Assembly (NCBI GenBank): GCA_002104945.1 | Contig: MCFH01000044.1 | Coordinates: 310,001-374,000, forward strand | Length of the DNA stretch: 64,000 bases | Direction: 5' to 3' | Source of the DNA: Piromyces finnis finn | Taxonomy: Eukaryota; Fungi; Neocallimastigomycota | Shown: piece after piece, positions 1-14,297 of the stretch | Layout of the letters: each line of letters begins with the position of its first letter | How positions within the stretch are numbered: the stretch's first letter is position 1 | Notes under the pieces: model-generated | Database searches by the model: none | The model's input: only the letters and a program-made list of their open reading frames with translations | Told to the model about the DNA's origin: nothing | Translations under genes and position numbers: made by a program

Positions 1-3000
1 TTCCCCTTTATAAGTAATACAAATGCTTTGACCATCCATATTAGTATTCGGTGTGCATTTATTATTGTTATTATATATACATGTAATGTCTTTCATGAAG
101 GAATAACTATCAGTAGTTACATCATATTTTATTATTTTTTTATTAATATCAGTAATGTACATTGTAGAATCAGGTTTTTTCACAATAGTACAGCCATTTT
201 CATTGCATTTATATAATTTTGTTTTTTCATTGTTATAACTATTAATATCATCAGATGATGCAAGCATTGCTGTATTTGTATTGATAAAGAGATAACCATC
301 ACTAAATACTTGAGAAATACTATGTTCATTGAGTTTATAAATAATATCTCCGTAAATATAATAATAACTATTATATTGTTTTCCTACTTTCAAACAATTT
401 TTTGACGTAACATCTAGTAAGGTTTCACCTGATCTTGTACTTTGTTTAACAGATATTGATCCAGTCGCAAAATAAATTTGGCTATGATCTGTATTAGTAC
501 AGTAATCACCAGCATTTATAGTAGTAATTTGATTATATATAGAAGATGTAGAAGATGGTAAAACAATAGTACACTTATCATCAATATAGTTACAAATAGG
601 AACTTGAGTTAATTCTTCAGAAGAAAGTTCATGACATCCTTCTTGATTGCAAATAATTAAATTGTAAATAGAATTTGCTCTCCGAACAAACCTCGATAAA
701 CTTCTTTTACTGTTAGATGATAATTTTACTGTGTTAGCTGAACGGAAAACCCCATTTTTAGCAATAATAGATTTACATTTATTTTCCACACAATCAATTA
801 AAACATTTGATGTTGTAGAAACATAAAAACCTTTCTCACCTTCAATTAATTCACATACCATATCTATTGAAACTTCATTTTCACATTTAATAAGATATTT
901 TTTTGACTTTTGAGATCCCCCATAATAATAATAACCAGATGTGGCTTTTATCTCATTACACGAATTTCCTTCGCAATGAATAAGACTATTTTTATTTTCA
1001 GATATGAAATATCCTGTTGTTACTGATTGAGTTATGCAAGTATTGATATTACAATGAATAAGAGGTTTTTGATGACTATCTATTCCATTATTGATAAATG
1101 ATGCTACTATTGAAATAGGTCTTGGAGCATTACAAAAATTATTATCATTACAATAAATAAGACGATTAGAATATATATCAACATGGCTTACACCAGCAAT
1201 GTAATATCCAATGCTTGAAGTTATAGTATTACAATTTTTACCATTACAATAAATTAAGTTTTTATTATTTTTTTCTAATGAAGATAAATTTATTTGAGTT
1301 TTTGATAAATAATTGATTCCTGCGTTTAAATAATATTGATTTGTATCATTTACTGAGGTACATTTAAATTCATTATTACAATAAAATAAATAAGGTGTAT
1401 TTTTTCCAACATATCGACTTCCATCAATATAATATCCTTCATTAGTTAAAGGTTTTAATATATTACTATTACAATAGTATCCCACTTCCGATGTAACATC
1501 AAGATAAAATTCATTAGTTATACATGAAGTAATTTTATTACAGGTCATACTTTTTTTAATACAGCTATAAACTTCACTATTTTCATCTAATGTAATCTCG
1601 TTAGTAGCTAAATAATGATCCGAACTAATTGATAATATTCCATCAACAGAATATCTAGTAATTGAATATTTAGAAACTTTAAATATAGTTTTCTTCGACT
1701 CATTAATACTATTTATACTTGGGAAAGTATTTTTATCATTTATTTCAATATTGAAAAACAAATTAGTAGTAGGAGATGTTACATTGGTAGGTGTAATTGT
1801 ATCATTATAATAAAAACCCAATATTGAGTTTGAATATTTATATCCTCCTTTTTTTTGTAAATCCAAAACATTTGTAGTATAGCAACTCTCATCACATATA
1901 ATTATTGGCTTTGAATCATCACCAGCGTTAATATAAAAACCAGGGAAAATATCATCTTTTATTTTTAATGCATTGCATTTTTCTCTATTACATGTAATTA
2001 ATGGATAGAAACTAGCATATTTTCCGGAATTCATATAATAACCTGGATTTATTTTTGATGAAGAAACATATTTACATATAATATTTGAATATTCGTCTCC
2101 ACAGTAAATTAACATATTATTAATAGTAGTCGCAGCTTTATTTAAATAATAAGAATCATTTTCAGCTACTTTATTGTCACATGTTCCACCTACATTACAA
2201 TAAATTAAAGTTTTGAAAATTTCTACATTAGAAGTATTTGGTTTTATTGTATTTGTAATATAATAAGAATCATTGGTTTCATTAATAGTTGTACATCCAT
2301 TATTAATACAAGCAATTAATGCGTCAGTAGAGTTATTACTAGCTGTATTAATATAGTATGAATTATTAATTCCTTTTATTATTGAAGAAGCTGAATTCAA
2401 ATCCCAGTAAATTAAAGCATTACTTAAACCTTCTGCTATTCCACTTAAATAAAATGAGTCAACTTTAGCTGATTTAATGGTACATAAGTCGCTTCTTGAA
2501 CAATAAATTAAACCATTCTCTTTTCCTGTTTTTGCCCCATTTATATAAAATAGATTTTCTTTTCCTTTTTCTATTAAACAAAACGAAGAATAACAATGAA
2601 TTAATGCATCATCTAGAGATGAATAATCCCCATTTATATAATAACTATCAGATGAAGTTGGAGTATAATGAATACATGATATTGGATTACAGGTAATTAA
2701 AGAGTTAACTAATGATCCGGATACGGCTCCATTTAAATAGTAATAATTAATTTTTCCTTTTTCAATTGAACATTTTATTTCAGTTCCATCAAAATTATTG
2801 ACACAATGAATTAATGATGTAGGATCTATATCATAGTTAAAATAGTGTTCTTTCCCTTTTATAGTTCTACATGATGAATTATCATTACTACAAAATATAA
2901 GTTGATTTATAGATTTATCATTCCCACTATTTATATAATATGAATTTGGTGAAACTGAAGTAAAAGGTATACTTATACATTCAGTATTTGAACAATTAAT

Positions 3001-3740
3001 TAAACCACTTTCATTTGTGGAACTTACATATTGAGTATTTTCCTTTGGTGATATACTTTTACATTTTGTTGAGTCTTCACATATAATTAATGCATTTGTT
3101 AATCCTTTACCTAATCCATTTATATATACATTATTTCTTGTTCCAGAACCTTCTGTAACACAGCCGTTAACCAAATCACAAGTAATTAATAATGGATATT
3201 CTAAATTAGTTATAAATGTACTTTTTCTTGATATAGCAATTGAATTGCTGTCACTGTCTTTATTATATGAAACTACATTTTTTTTAGAGAGTTCATTAAT
3301 ATATATTGCGCTTTTTTCTATTTCTGTACATAAACTATTTGAAGAACAATAATATCCGGAATCGGGATTAGAATCTGCATTGGTTATTATTTCATCGCCT
3401 TTAAAGAAGTAATAACCATTATTAGATATTAAAGCCGCTAATTCACAACCACCAGCTTTAGTATTTCCGATATATATTTTTGTTCCCTCAATACAATATT
3501 TACCGAAATTTAATAAACTTTTCCCAACAGTTATAGTACAGATATTTGAAGTATTGGTACATGATGATAATGAATAAATTTCTTTTACAAAATTAAAGAT
3601 TATAGCATAAATAAATATACTATATTATTAAAAATATATACATAGAAAAATATATTAATAATATATTTAACTAGGAATAACCTTTTAAACAAATAATTAA
3701 TTAAAATTTACCTATAATTTTTATAATCATATATTTTCAT
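1..3740 (-). CDS. Large secreted Cys-repeat protein, fungal cellulosome scaffoldin-like (partial; C-terminus beyond position 1)
   Basis: Absent from the ORF track. ATG at 3740, exon 1 is 3740-3712, a GT-AG intron spans 3711-3620, then the frame is stop-free from 3619 to 1 (~1200 codons, read by hand). The N-terminus MKIYDYKNYSIFIYAIIFNFVKEIYS resembles a signal peptide. The motif [GS]YYxN...LIxC..C recurs every ~35-45 aa (e.g. SYYINTASNNSTDALIACINNGC, PGYYMNSGKYASFYPLITCNREKC). Confidence 0.8.
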
Positions 3741-4177
3741 TTTTTTTTCAATTATTTTAATATACTTCGATAACTATTTCTTTTTTTTCAACCTATATTT
3801 ATATTATAATCTTTTCTATTTTTTAATTTGGTCGATGTTTTTATTATATAATATCATATTTATGTAATTTAAATATATGTTTTCTATTGATTATAATTAA
3901 TAAAAGTAAAATAATCATTGTTAATTTTTAAAATATGATTAAATATATATAACCTTAACTTTAAAAAGTTTTTTTTTTTCAATTTTTTTTTTTTTTTTTT
4001 TTTTGTAAATAAAAAATTTTTATTCTCAAGAATATTTTTAAAAATTTACATTAATATTTTATATTTTTGTTTGATGTTTATTTTACAGTATATTAAGTCA
4101 TCATTTTTACATTAAAAATAAATTTAAATCAATGCTTTTTAATTAATTTTTTTTACTTAAAATTATTATTATTTTTT

Positions 4178-6832
4178 TTATTTATTCTTTGATTTTACTT
4201 TTTTTGTGGTTTCTTTTTTAGGTGGAGTTGTAGTTTTTTTAGTATCCTTTTTATTAGAACCTTTCTTATTAGACTGACTATTCTTATCATCTTTCACACA
4301 TCTCATGTTTTCTAACTCAATATTAATGTTATCAATACGTTCCGTAACATATTGAGTATTTTTAGTTATTACTTCTTCAATATGCTTCTGTAACTGAGTA
4401 AAATACTGATCTTTAAGTATTTCGGAGTTTTGAATAATTGTTTCTACTTGTTCAGGATTATATACAATTCTGATATTTTTATCATCATTATCATCCCTTT
4501 CTTTAGTAATCTCTTTAATTTTTTTAATTAGCTCTTGACGACTATTTTCCAATTTTATAAGAGATTGTTCACTAATAGCTAATTCTAATTTTTCATTTTT
4601 TTGTTGTAATTCAAGATTAAGATTATCTAATAATTCTTTTTGCTTTTGTTCTCTTTCAATAACCTGCTTTTTCCATAAGTTTAAGAAACTATTTCTAAAT
4701 TTAGGATTTGATATATTGAATTTTTTGCTTTTAATATTATCTTCAGTATAATTTTCTTTATCATTATCCTCTTTTTCTTTTTCGTCTTTATCTGTGTCTA
4801 CTATATTTTCTTGTTCCATTTTACTTTCATTATTTTCTTCATCTGATTTTATATATGGAATAACAGGTAATTCACTAATTTTTTTATCAGATGGTTTATA
4901 TAATAGTGACAACAATGCTAAAACAATATTTAAAATGATAGTAAACTTAATATAAATAAGGAAATAGTTTATTAATATTTTATAAATAAATTAATATACA
5001 ATTTATTATATTATCTTGTGCTTCTTTTAGTTTTTGTTTAGCCAATTCTTCTTCTATTCTTTCTTTTTCTTTTAGTATTTCTTCTTCTTTCTTTTTTCTT
5101 TCAAGTTCTATAGCCTAAAAATTTATTTATAAATGGTTTTATTTCAATTACTAACGATGAAATAATTATATATTTAATTACTATTACTAACTTCTTCTTC
5201 TTCCTTTTTTTTCTTTATTAATTTATTTTCTTGTTCCTGCACCCAATTTGGCCATTCTTCAGCAATTATTCCATGTTCTAATTCTTCAAACACTACAGGT
5301 GGAACAACTGTTTTATTATAATCAACAAATATATTTTCTTGTGGATGTGAAAATACATATGCTATTATATTAATATGTTGTATATAGCTTTATATAATTT
5401 AAATTTTTTAAATCTGAATTAGCTATATATATTTTGATTTCATATTATATTAAATTATGAATTACGTTTTTAAAAAGAATCTTATAAGGCATTCAATTTG
5501 TAATTCATTAAATGTTCTTGGTATATTATATTCAAATATATAAAAATCTTTATTAATATTGTCCACTTCATCATCATATTCATCACTATTATAACTATTA
5601 TCATTACTACATAATTCATCTTCAAAACTATCACTTATTGTAGTATTTTTACTAAGTTTTATTGAGCATTTAGAATTTATTATATTACTATTATTATCAT
5701 TATTATTTTGAAGACTAGCTGAATAATTACTTGCTTTTGATTGCAGACTTTTTCTTGATAAATTATTATTATCATTATTTTTTATTGAACTTGAATTTAA
5801 ATTTTCATTTTTTGTTGGAAGGATAGAATCAAATACACCTGGTTTTACATATCTATTTGCCATTAGAATCTCCTCTAAATTTTCGTTATCTAAATTCAAA
5901 ATCTCTGGATTATCACTATTATTTTTATTATCCTCACATTCTTTTAAATAAAGTGTAACTGTTCTTGGATTACAGTAATAATAAAGTTCATTTTTAAATA
6001 TTTTTAAACATTGGGATCTATAAGTCGAGTAATTTGTTGATATGTTTAAATAATCTTTTTACATATATAAATATTGTTTAGTAATGCTTATATTTTAATT
6101 TTAATATCATTTATTATTTTATTATATATAATTTCTAAAATAATATTTGAATATATACTAATAAATTTTTCATGAGTTTCTTTAAAAATATTGAACCAAC
6201 TTGAACATTGCCATTTTGTTAAATATATACTATACCCATAAGTAATATTAAATTAATTTTTTTAATAATTATTTTAAGTTAAGAAATAATATGAATAATA
6301 AATAATATATAATTATTTATAATATTTATAATATTTATAATATATATAAAAAAAGATATCATATTATATCTAAGTAATATTGGAGTATTATCATGTTTCT
6401 TTTTCTTTCATCATCTACTTCAATTGATGTTATTTGATCATTAGTGTATGGTATTGTTAGATGTTCTAATTGATATTTTCTTGTTGTAGGTAAATCTATA
6501 TTTAATTTTGATGATAAAAGTGTTCTAATATTAAAATAATAATAAAAAAGAAATATTAACTCAATTTATTTTTAATTACTTTATTATTTTTTATTTATAC
6601 AGCATTACTTTATATTTTCCATGTTATTTCTTTTAATGTTTGCTTTTAGGTCTTTCAACTCTGAATAAATTGTATCCATATCATTTTTTCCTAAGAATAA
6701 TCCGTCATATGCAGCAATAACTGAATATGGTAGTTTATTTGGTTCATTGTTTATTTTTTTTTCATTAGATTCAGTAATTATAAAAGAATTATCTTTATTT
6801 TCTATATTATTATTTCCTTTTTTTTTTAACAT
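4178..6832 (-). CDS. CFAP119: CFAP119/CCDC189 (flagellar central-pair C1a-32, CLAMP domain)-like protein, multi-exon
   Basis: The spliced product contains MIILQYYLDIICYGYSIYLTKWQCSSWFNIFKETHEKFI and FFLKTYIQHINIIAYVFSHPQ. These match the family pattern as I recall it (..LDLF..AL.FC..QGFS.EQTSA...LLQDLH and NTYFRHFKLYKYVFTPQ). The gene joins track ORFs 6605-6832, 5462-5899 and 4178-4915 through GT-AG introns and one AT-AC intron. Confidence 0.7.
6242..6359 (-). other. AT-AC (U12-type, minor spliceosome) intron, 118 nt, phase 2
   Basis: 5' end ATATCTTTTTTT at 6359, branch-like TTTCTTAACT at 6286-6277, 3' end ...AATATTAC at 6242. Removing it joins TG+T into a Cys codon and restores the frame. 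There is no usable GT donor at the end of the upstream exon. Confidence 0.8.
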
Positions 6833-8944
6833 TTTTAATTAATGATTTGACTTGGATCAAATTATACAAATTTAAATGAGATAGTAATTAAAATGGAAAT
6901 AAATAATATTTAAACTTTTATATATATAAATATATTAAAGATTTGTAGCAGTTTTTATGTTTTTATTTGCAAACTATGTAAAATAAATACTTTTGTAAAT
7001 ATTTTATTTTAATTTACTTTGATTATTCATATTTATTATATACTTATTATATTATAATATATTTTATAATATAATTGTGTTTCGGACTTTAAATAGAAAA
7101 GGTTAAAGGAATAAAACATAAATGTATACAAATTATATATAAATTGTCAACAAATTTAATATTCAAACTTTAATTATTAATAAATATCTACTTATTAATT
7201 TGTTGGCAAAAAAAATACTTGTTCTTTAGAAGTTACAATTATTGTATTGTTCTATATGAAAATTTTTATTATTGATAAACAATAAAATGAATTTATGAAA
7301 TGTATTACAATAAATGCTTTCTTTCTTGTTTAAATATAATATATATTCTAATATTTATTCTTTTGAATAAGTTAATATTTTTAACTTTTCAAAATCTTTT
7401 GATTTAAAATATGGTTTTTTTTAAAAATAGTAATTATTATTCATTATATTATTATTATATTTGATATATAGTTATATGAATGTACTTTTGTTTTTTAATT
7501 TATTACATCTAATTGAATTGAAAAAAAAAAAAAAGAAATGAAGAATAATATATTATTATAATATTGAGGATATAGAATATAGAAATAGAAAACAATATTG
7601 TAAAAAGTATTTAATTATTAATAATTATTAAGGTGATGATTTATTTTAATTTATGCTAATTTATTTATATAAATATTTATAATATAAAATTATTTCCGTC
7701 AAAATAAAAAAAAGATATTTTCAAATAAAAAAAGATTTTAAAAAGGTTAAAAATTTATATGTAAATAAAATTTATAAATATTTATTAAAATTTTAATATA
7801 ATTATTTAAATAAATTTATATAATTTATTTTAAATAAAAAAGAAAACACCTTTTTTTTTTTTTTTTTTTTTACAATTTTATTTAAGCTTTTACTTTGTAA
7901 AATTTGATATTATTTATTGAAAAATATTTAATATCTTTAAAGAATAAAAAGTAGAATTAATATTAAAACAGGAAAGGATTTAAATATGAATATTTAAATA
8001 GAAATATTAGATATAACTATACTTAATAATTAAAAAAAAAAGGACCTTTTTTTTTTTTTTAATTATTATTAATAATAATTATTTGATATTTTTATACTTC
8101 AAAGAATATCAATTTATATTCAGTTAAAATTAATATAGTTTAAAATAAAACAATAAAAGTCGTTTCATTCATAATAAATTAAATCAATAGAATATATGAT
8201 AAAAATTAAAGATAAAATCAAATGATATAATTTTTATTTTAATTTAAAATATAAAGAGAAATAAACCAAATATGAATATATAAATAAACATTAGATATTA
8301 AAAAAAAAAAGTCAATATTTAAGAATTAAATTTCATATAATAAAGGTATAAATAATTTAAAAGTAATTACATAAAAATAAAGTAAAGGAAAATTATTATA
8401 ATTATTGTAATTAATAATTAACAATTTTATTTTAATTTATACTGCATTTTGTTTAAATGAAAAAATATTTTCAATCAATATATTATATTATAATATAGGT
8501 CTTCTTTATTTGGTTTATTAATATTGATAATTTAACAAAGAAAAATGTAATAAAAATTATAACATAATATTTTTATTAATAAAATTTGTATATTTACTTT
8601 TTAAAATTGTCATATAAAAATATTTATAACAATACATAATCATAGATAAGATATATATATATATAATATTATAATTTAAGTATAACTTAAGCGAAAAAGT
8701 TTAAAAAATCAGAATTATTAAACACACAAGATATTTATTATTATTATTATTATTATTATTAATTTTCAATATTAAAAATATATATATAAAAAAAAAAAAA
8801 TCTAATTGATTCACATAAATTACATTTAATATTTATTAAAAAAAAATTAAAAAGCAAAAAATTATATTTAAAATAAGAATTAAAAGTAAATCATAAAGAA
8901 AAACATTTTGAAATTATTTTATTCAATATTATAAAGTTTTCAAT

Positions 8945-10484
<1,540 letters not shown>

Positions 10485-11260
10485 TATTAATGAAATATAA
10501 TATAAATAATAATAATAAGATGAAAATTATTTATTCATAAAACAAACAAACAAACAAATAAAAAAAAATAATTATAATTATAAAAATTATAACTACTAAT
10601 AACAATACTAATAATAATTAATAATCAATAACATTTTAATATATATATATATAAAAAAAAAAAAATCTAAAAATTTTTGTAAAACAAAATTTGTATATAT
10701 ATAACAAACATCTAGAAAATGATACAGTGATAAATTAATAAAAGATAATAAAGTAATATATAATTTATTGTAAAATAATATAATCAAATATAAAAATAAT
10801 AATTATAACAAAAATATAATAACTACATAAAAAAATAATTCTTTAACAATATTCTTAAATTTTCTATGTAAAATATATATATATATATATACAATAAAAG
10901 TAAAATAAATAAAAATTATAGATTCTTTTCTTCTTTTTTTTTATTTCAGAGATTTTATCTTTATTCTAGTTATTTTTATTTTTACTTGAATATTATGTAA
11001 TAATAATATCATATTATATTTTTATAATATTTTATGGAAAAAAAAAGGAATTTATAGGTAGTATAAAAAAAATGATATAAAGAATGATGTTTTATTTTAT
11101 TTTTTAATTTTCCAGTTCTAAATTATATTAACTAATTCGAGAATGAATTGAATAATGAAAAATATATTGACTATAAGATTATAAATTATAATATATTTAA
11201 TAAATTTGGTATTGATGATAGAATGAAATGATAAATAATTTATATAAATACAAATATATA

Positions 11261-11303
<43 letters not shown>

Positions 11304-11381
11304 TACTTCGGATTATTTTATGAATGAATTACATATATATATATTAAATGCTGAGGAAAAAAAAAACTAATTGTTTTTAAT

Positions 11382-12129
11382 TTAATTTAATCCTTTAATT
11401 TCCTTTTGCTTTTGAAGAGCTTTTTTTAAAGGAACTGTCTCAGGAACTACATCTATACAATAATTATAATTATGAAAAAAAAAATTAATTGTTTTATTAT
11501 ATTTTTTACAAAATGAAATTTGATTTAATTTCAAATTTTATATACCTGATAAAAATTCTAATTGATCAATATCTTTAACAATTTTGGCTTTATTTTATTT
11601 AAAATACAAAATTATTGAAAATGGATAATTAAAATAAAATTTTAATTTAAAGTTTTATTTAAATAAAAAATATATTATTTTATCTATGCGATATAAGTAT
11701 ACAAACCTATATCTTTATAAGTTACTGTACGTCTCTTTTCACTTTGAGATTGATTAAAAGATTTTTTAGCAAAATAATCTAAAAAGTATTCCTATTCATT
11801 ATATAATTTTTAAAGTATATATTAAAAATATAAGTTTCAATTTTTTTTTTTTTTTTTTTAAAAAAGTATATATTATATATAAAAAGAAAAAGCATTCAAT
11901 TAAAAGTATATAAAAATTTAATAAACAATAGTAATAAAATAATAAAAAAAGAATTTATATGAGAATGAACAACTACAGTTGCGAGTGAAACAAGGAATAC
12001 TGATTCATTACTACATTGAATTACATCTTTGTCTTCTTTCATGATACGTTTTACTCTTGCTAATGGGAAAGAAGTAGTCGTTTGAGGAAGACTTCTCTTT
12101 TTTGGAGAACTACCAGATTTACTTGACAT
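11382..12129 (-). CDS. Histone-fold protein, Dpb3/POLE4/CHRAC1 (CBFD_NFYB_HMF) family, 4 exons
   Basis: Spliced product: ...FPLARVKRIMKEDKDVIQCSNESVFLVSLAT|EYFLDYFAKKSFNQSQSEKRRTVTYKDI|AKIVKDIDQLEFLS|DVVPETVPLKKALQKQKEIKGLN*, with GT-AG introns. Confidence 0.85.
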
Positions 12130-12411
12130 AATTTTTAAATATTAGAATGTTTTAAAATTTGATAGATAGAATTTGTTAATTCAAAATGTTATTTAAAATA
12201 TAAAGAATTCAATCTTTAGTATATACTTTAAACTTTTCAATTCGTCCATTTATTTTGTTCCAATTTAATATATTGATTAATTTAAATTTTACCATAATAA
12301 ATAAAACTTTAAATTTATTATAAAAATATTAAATTTTTTCACAAATATAAAAACAAATTGTTAAATCCTTTTATGGAAAATAAAAAATTTAAATAATATA
12401 GTTTATTTAAA
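12130..12411. promoter_or_regulatory. Probable compact bidirectional promoter
   Basis: Only 282 bp separate the divergent ATGs at 12129 (-) and 12412 (+). Confidence 0.5.
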
Positions 12412-13029
12412 ATGAATAATACAATTCCAGATGGTTATGAGACACCTTTATGGCCATCATTAGCCTTACCCTATGGTCAATTTGAAACAAGAAAAATATT
12501 GTACTATAAAAATGGTTAATATTTAGTAAAAATAAATATTATATTATACATATAAACCAGATAAATTAACTTTAATGGAAAGAAATTTCTATTAAAATAA
12601 TATAAATATTTTTTGTTTAATATCGATAGATGTAATAGGATTTACAATTTTATGGTCAATTTATATAAATATAGCAATATGTGCTGTTAGTTCATTTTTT
12701 ACATTTATATCTATAAGAAAGAAGAGATTTATTCCAATAATTGTTTTTATATATGGAATATATGGTTTATTTACAGGAATTATTAATGGTTACTTAATTG
12801 GTAAAGAATCTAAAAATTAATAAGATACTCTATAAAATATATTTTCCTTTAATAATTATTTTTCTTATATTATTATATGAATAATAATGTATTAGGATTT
12901 TCATACTGGTATATAGTAGAGTCATTAGAGTTTACAGTCTCGACTTTTCATCCTTTATTTTTGGGAATAACTCAAGGTGCATTGTTTAGATTATTAGAAA
13001 TACCAAATGTGAGAATCAGTACAATGTAA
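12412..13029 (+). CDS. TMEM170: TMEM170-family small ER membrane protein, 3 exons
   Basis: Not in the ORF track. Spliced product: MNNTIPDGYETPLWPSLALPYGQFETRKILYYKN|DVIGFTILWSIYINIAICAVSSFFTFISIRKKRFIPIIVFIYGIYGLFTGIINGYLI|GFSYWYIVESLEFTVSTFHPLFLGITQGALFRLLEIPNVRISTM*. It has three hydrophobic segments in a Tmemb_170-like pattern. Confidence 0.7.
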
Positions 13030-14297
13030 AAAAAGTAACAATGATTTAATATGTATAGTTATATTGGAATAATTAATTTATTTATTTAAAGAATCTAATA
13101 AAATAAATTTAAACAAAGCAAACAAATTCCACAATTAATTAATAAAAATTTCGTAGCCATAATTTGAAATTATATATTTCTTTTATAATATAAATAATAA
13201 TAAATTAATACATTTTGTGTAAACATACATATTTTGTCTAATCTCATTAAAATTTTTATTTAAAAATATGAAACATTCTCTTTTTTATTATAAGTATTTT
13301 TTAATGTAAAATTCGTGTAAACATATTATTATATAATTTCTAAAATTTATATATATATATAAATTATATATATATTTATTTCTCACTAAATATTAAATAC
13401 TTATTAGGTAAGAGTTAATTGAAATTAATATTTATAATAATGATTTTACAGTTCTATAACCATTAGTATAATTAACTTTTAAAAATGTTTACTATTAAAA
13501 ATTTTTTAACATGCTTTTTTTTCTTTTAAAAATATTTATTTAGAACACATCTATCTTTGTTTTTGTTTAATTATTTTTTAATCAAAAGTATATAGTAAAT
13601 TTCTTAATTATTATCATATTTATCAATTATCTAGTAGTTATTTCTATATTATAACTGTTTCTGAAAAAGTCTTTATTATCAATAAATTTTTAAAAATGAA
13701 TAAATTAATTGAAATTGTTTTTATTTAATATAAGTAAATTAATTTTATTAAATTAAAAGTATAAACTACAAAATAATTAATAGAAATATGAATATATAAT
13801 CAATATTATCTATTGTAATTATTGTACTTTTTTGCATTAACAATGAATATAAATTTTAATTAAAAATTATAATATTTTCACCTTTTTTTTTAATTACTTT
13901 TTTCTTTATAATTATAAATCATATTATTTTTAAATATAAGATATAAATTAATTCTTGTGTATATCAATTAATATTATTTGTATAAATTTCTTAGTAAATT
14001 AACTTTTTTTATTAAAATATATAAAAATAATTAAAATGTGGAATTTTTTTCTTTTTTCAGTTATTTCAAAGTTATTTCTTTTTATTTTCTTAAAATTTTA
14101 ATTAAGTTCTTTAAATTAAATAATTTTTAATAATGAATATCAATTAAAATTTTAAAAATGCTAACAAATAAAATTTCATATTAATAAATTGTTTTTGTAA
14201 CCTTATTTTACCCAAAAACAAAATATACTTTTTTTTTTTAAAAAAAAAAAAAATAATTAAATGCTTTTTCTCGTTAAGAATTAAAAACAAAACAATT

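Noticed and set aside
28-2696. Track ORFs 28-216 and 2496-2696 (+)
   Set aside because: Antisense shadows of the long - strand scaffoldin-like frame.
6359-6361. In-frame TGA as selenocysteine or readthrough in the CFAP119-like gene
   Set aside because: Readthrough hits TAA within eight codons of low-complexity sequence, whereas AT-AC splicing restores the domain. No SECIS was seen.
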